The notes below the pieces were generated by a model, which was not told the origin of the DNA, made no database searches, and saw nothing but the letters and a program-made list of their open reading frames with translations. From assembly GCA_050084985.1 (NCBI GenBank), contig JBITNC010000001.1, positions 10,354,001 to 10,418,000 of the forward strand: DNA of 64,000 bases. The letters run 5' to 3'. Both the position numbers and the translations under genes were made by a program. Positions 63,577 to 64,000 of the stretch are shown piece by piece. This DNA comes from Nageia nagi. Taxonomy: Eukaryota > Plantae > Pinophyta. Position 1 is the stretch's first letter. The number at the start of each line of letters is the position of its first letter.

Positions 63577-64000
63577 TCAAAGAATCATCCGATGAGACAT
63601 TCGTAGGATGCTCAATCTGCCACATCTCCTCAAATTTGTCGTCCAAGTCGGATTCCAAAGGGGAAAGCTTATTTCCGGACTCCACTCTGTATTGTACAAA
63701 AGCCGCAATTTTCTCTTCACTCCACTTTTGACTCCTCAGGGTAGTCAGGGATGCTTTTGAGATGGAGTCCGTCTGAGGGTCAAAATTGGCTTTTGTTCTC
63801 ATAAAAGCTCATCCATGGAGGCAATAAATCTTTTAAAAGCAAGTTCCGGGGCGTCACCCTGTCTTCACTTGCTGGATTTCTCCACTGCTCGAACTCCGGC
63901 CTTATATCTGCCTTGAAGCCCGGAGGATTAGGTTGGCTTCTCAACTTCTTGCCGAAAATATCCTCCGGGTCATACAACAAAAATTGGTTTATCCTTTTAA
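63122..64000. repeat. Long inverted repeat: arms 63122-63542 and 63579-64000, 36-nt spacer, running off the window end
   Basis: Manual alignment gave 13 substitutions and 1 indel over about 421 bp. The minus-strand ORFs reproduce the accessory protein sequence. Confidence 0.97.

Larger units (their letters stand above)
54415..63578 (+). mobile_element. Young Ty3/gypsy Tat-clade (TatII-like) retrotransposon, truncated at the 3' end by an inversion junction
   Basis: Order is LTR, PBS, gag, protease, aRH, RT, RH, integrase, extra ORF. Long reading frames and many retained CpGs. Confidence 0.9.

Noticed and set aside
63122-64000. Inverted repeat as a fold-back sequencing artefact
   Set aside because: The arms differ by 13 substitutions biased to synonymous and CG-context changes, unlike read error. 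A misjoin of two real copies is still possible without read data.

Overview
This is AT-rich, transposon-dense plant nuclear DNA. A large-genome gymnosperm is inferred from the giant introns and from a Tat element whose domain order is protease, archaeal-type RNase H (aRH), then RT. One host gene is present on the + strand: POP4/RPP29, the RNase P/MRP p29 subunit. Six coding exons could be spliced by hand with consistent GT-AG phases: 22385-22637, 40113-40189, 40302-40570, 40967-41035, 41179-41237 and 41387-41488. A probable promoter and 5'UTR lies at about 13.1-13.6 kb. The expected last exon was not found, so the final intron appears to exceed 22 kb. The rest is nested, mostly decayed copia, gypsy and LINE elements, solo LTRs and hAT-type MITEs. 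The most notable structure is a young TatII-like gypsy element starting at 54415. Its order is LTR, tRNA-Arg PBS, gag, protease, aRH, RT, RH, integrase, then an uninterrupted 546-aa accessory ORF of unknown function. That ORF is fused tail-to-tail to an inverted sister copy about 97% identical, forming a hairpin of at least 421 bp inside the apparent POP4 intron. A decayed, more complete homologue of the same accessory protein sits at about 27.6-31.1 kb. All coordinates and counts were made by hand and no database searches were run.
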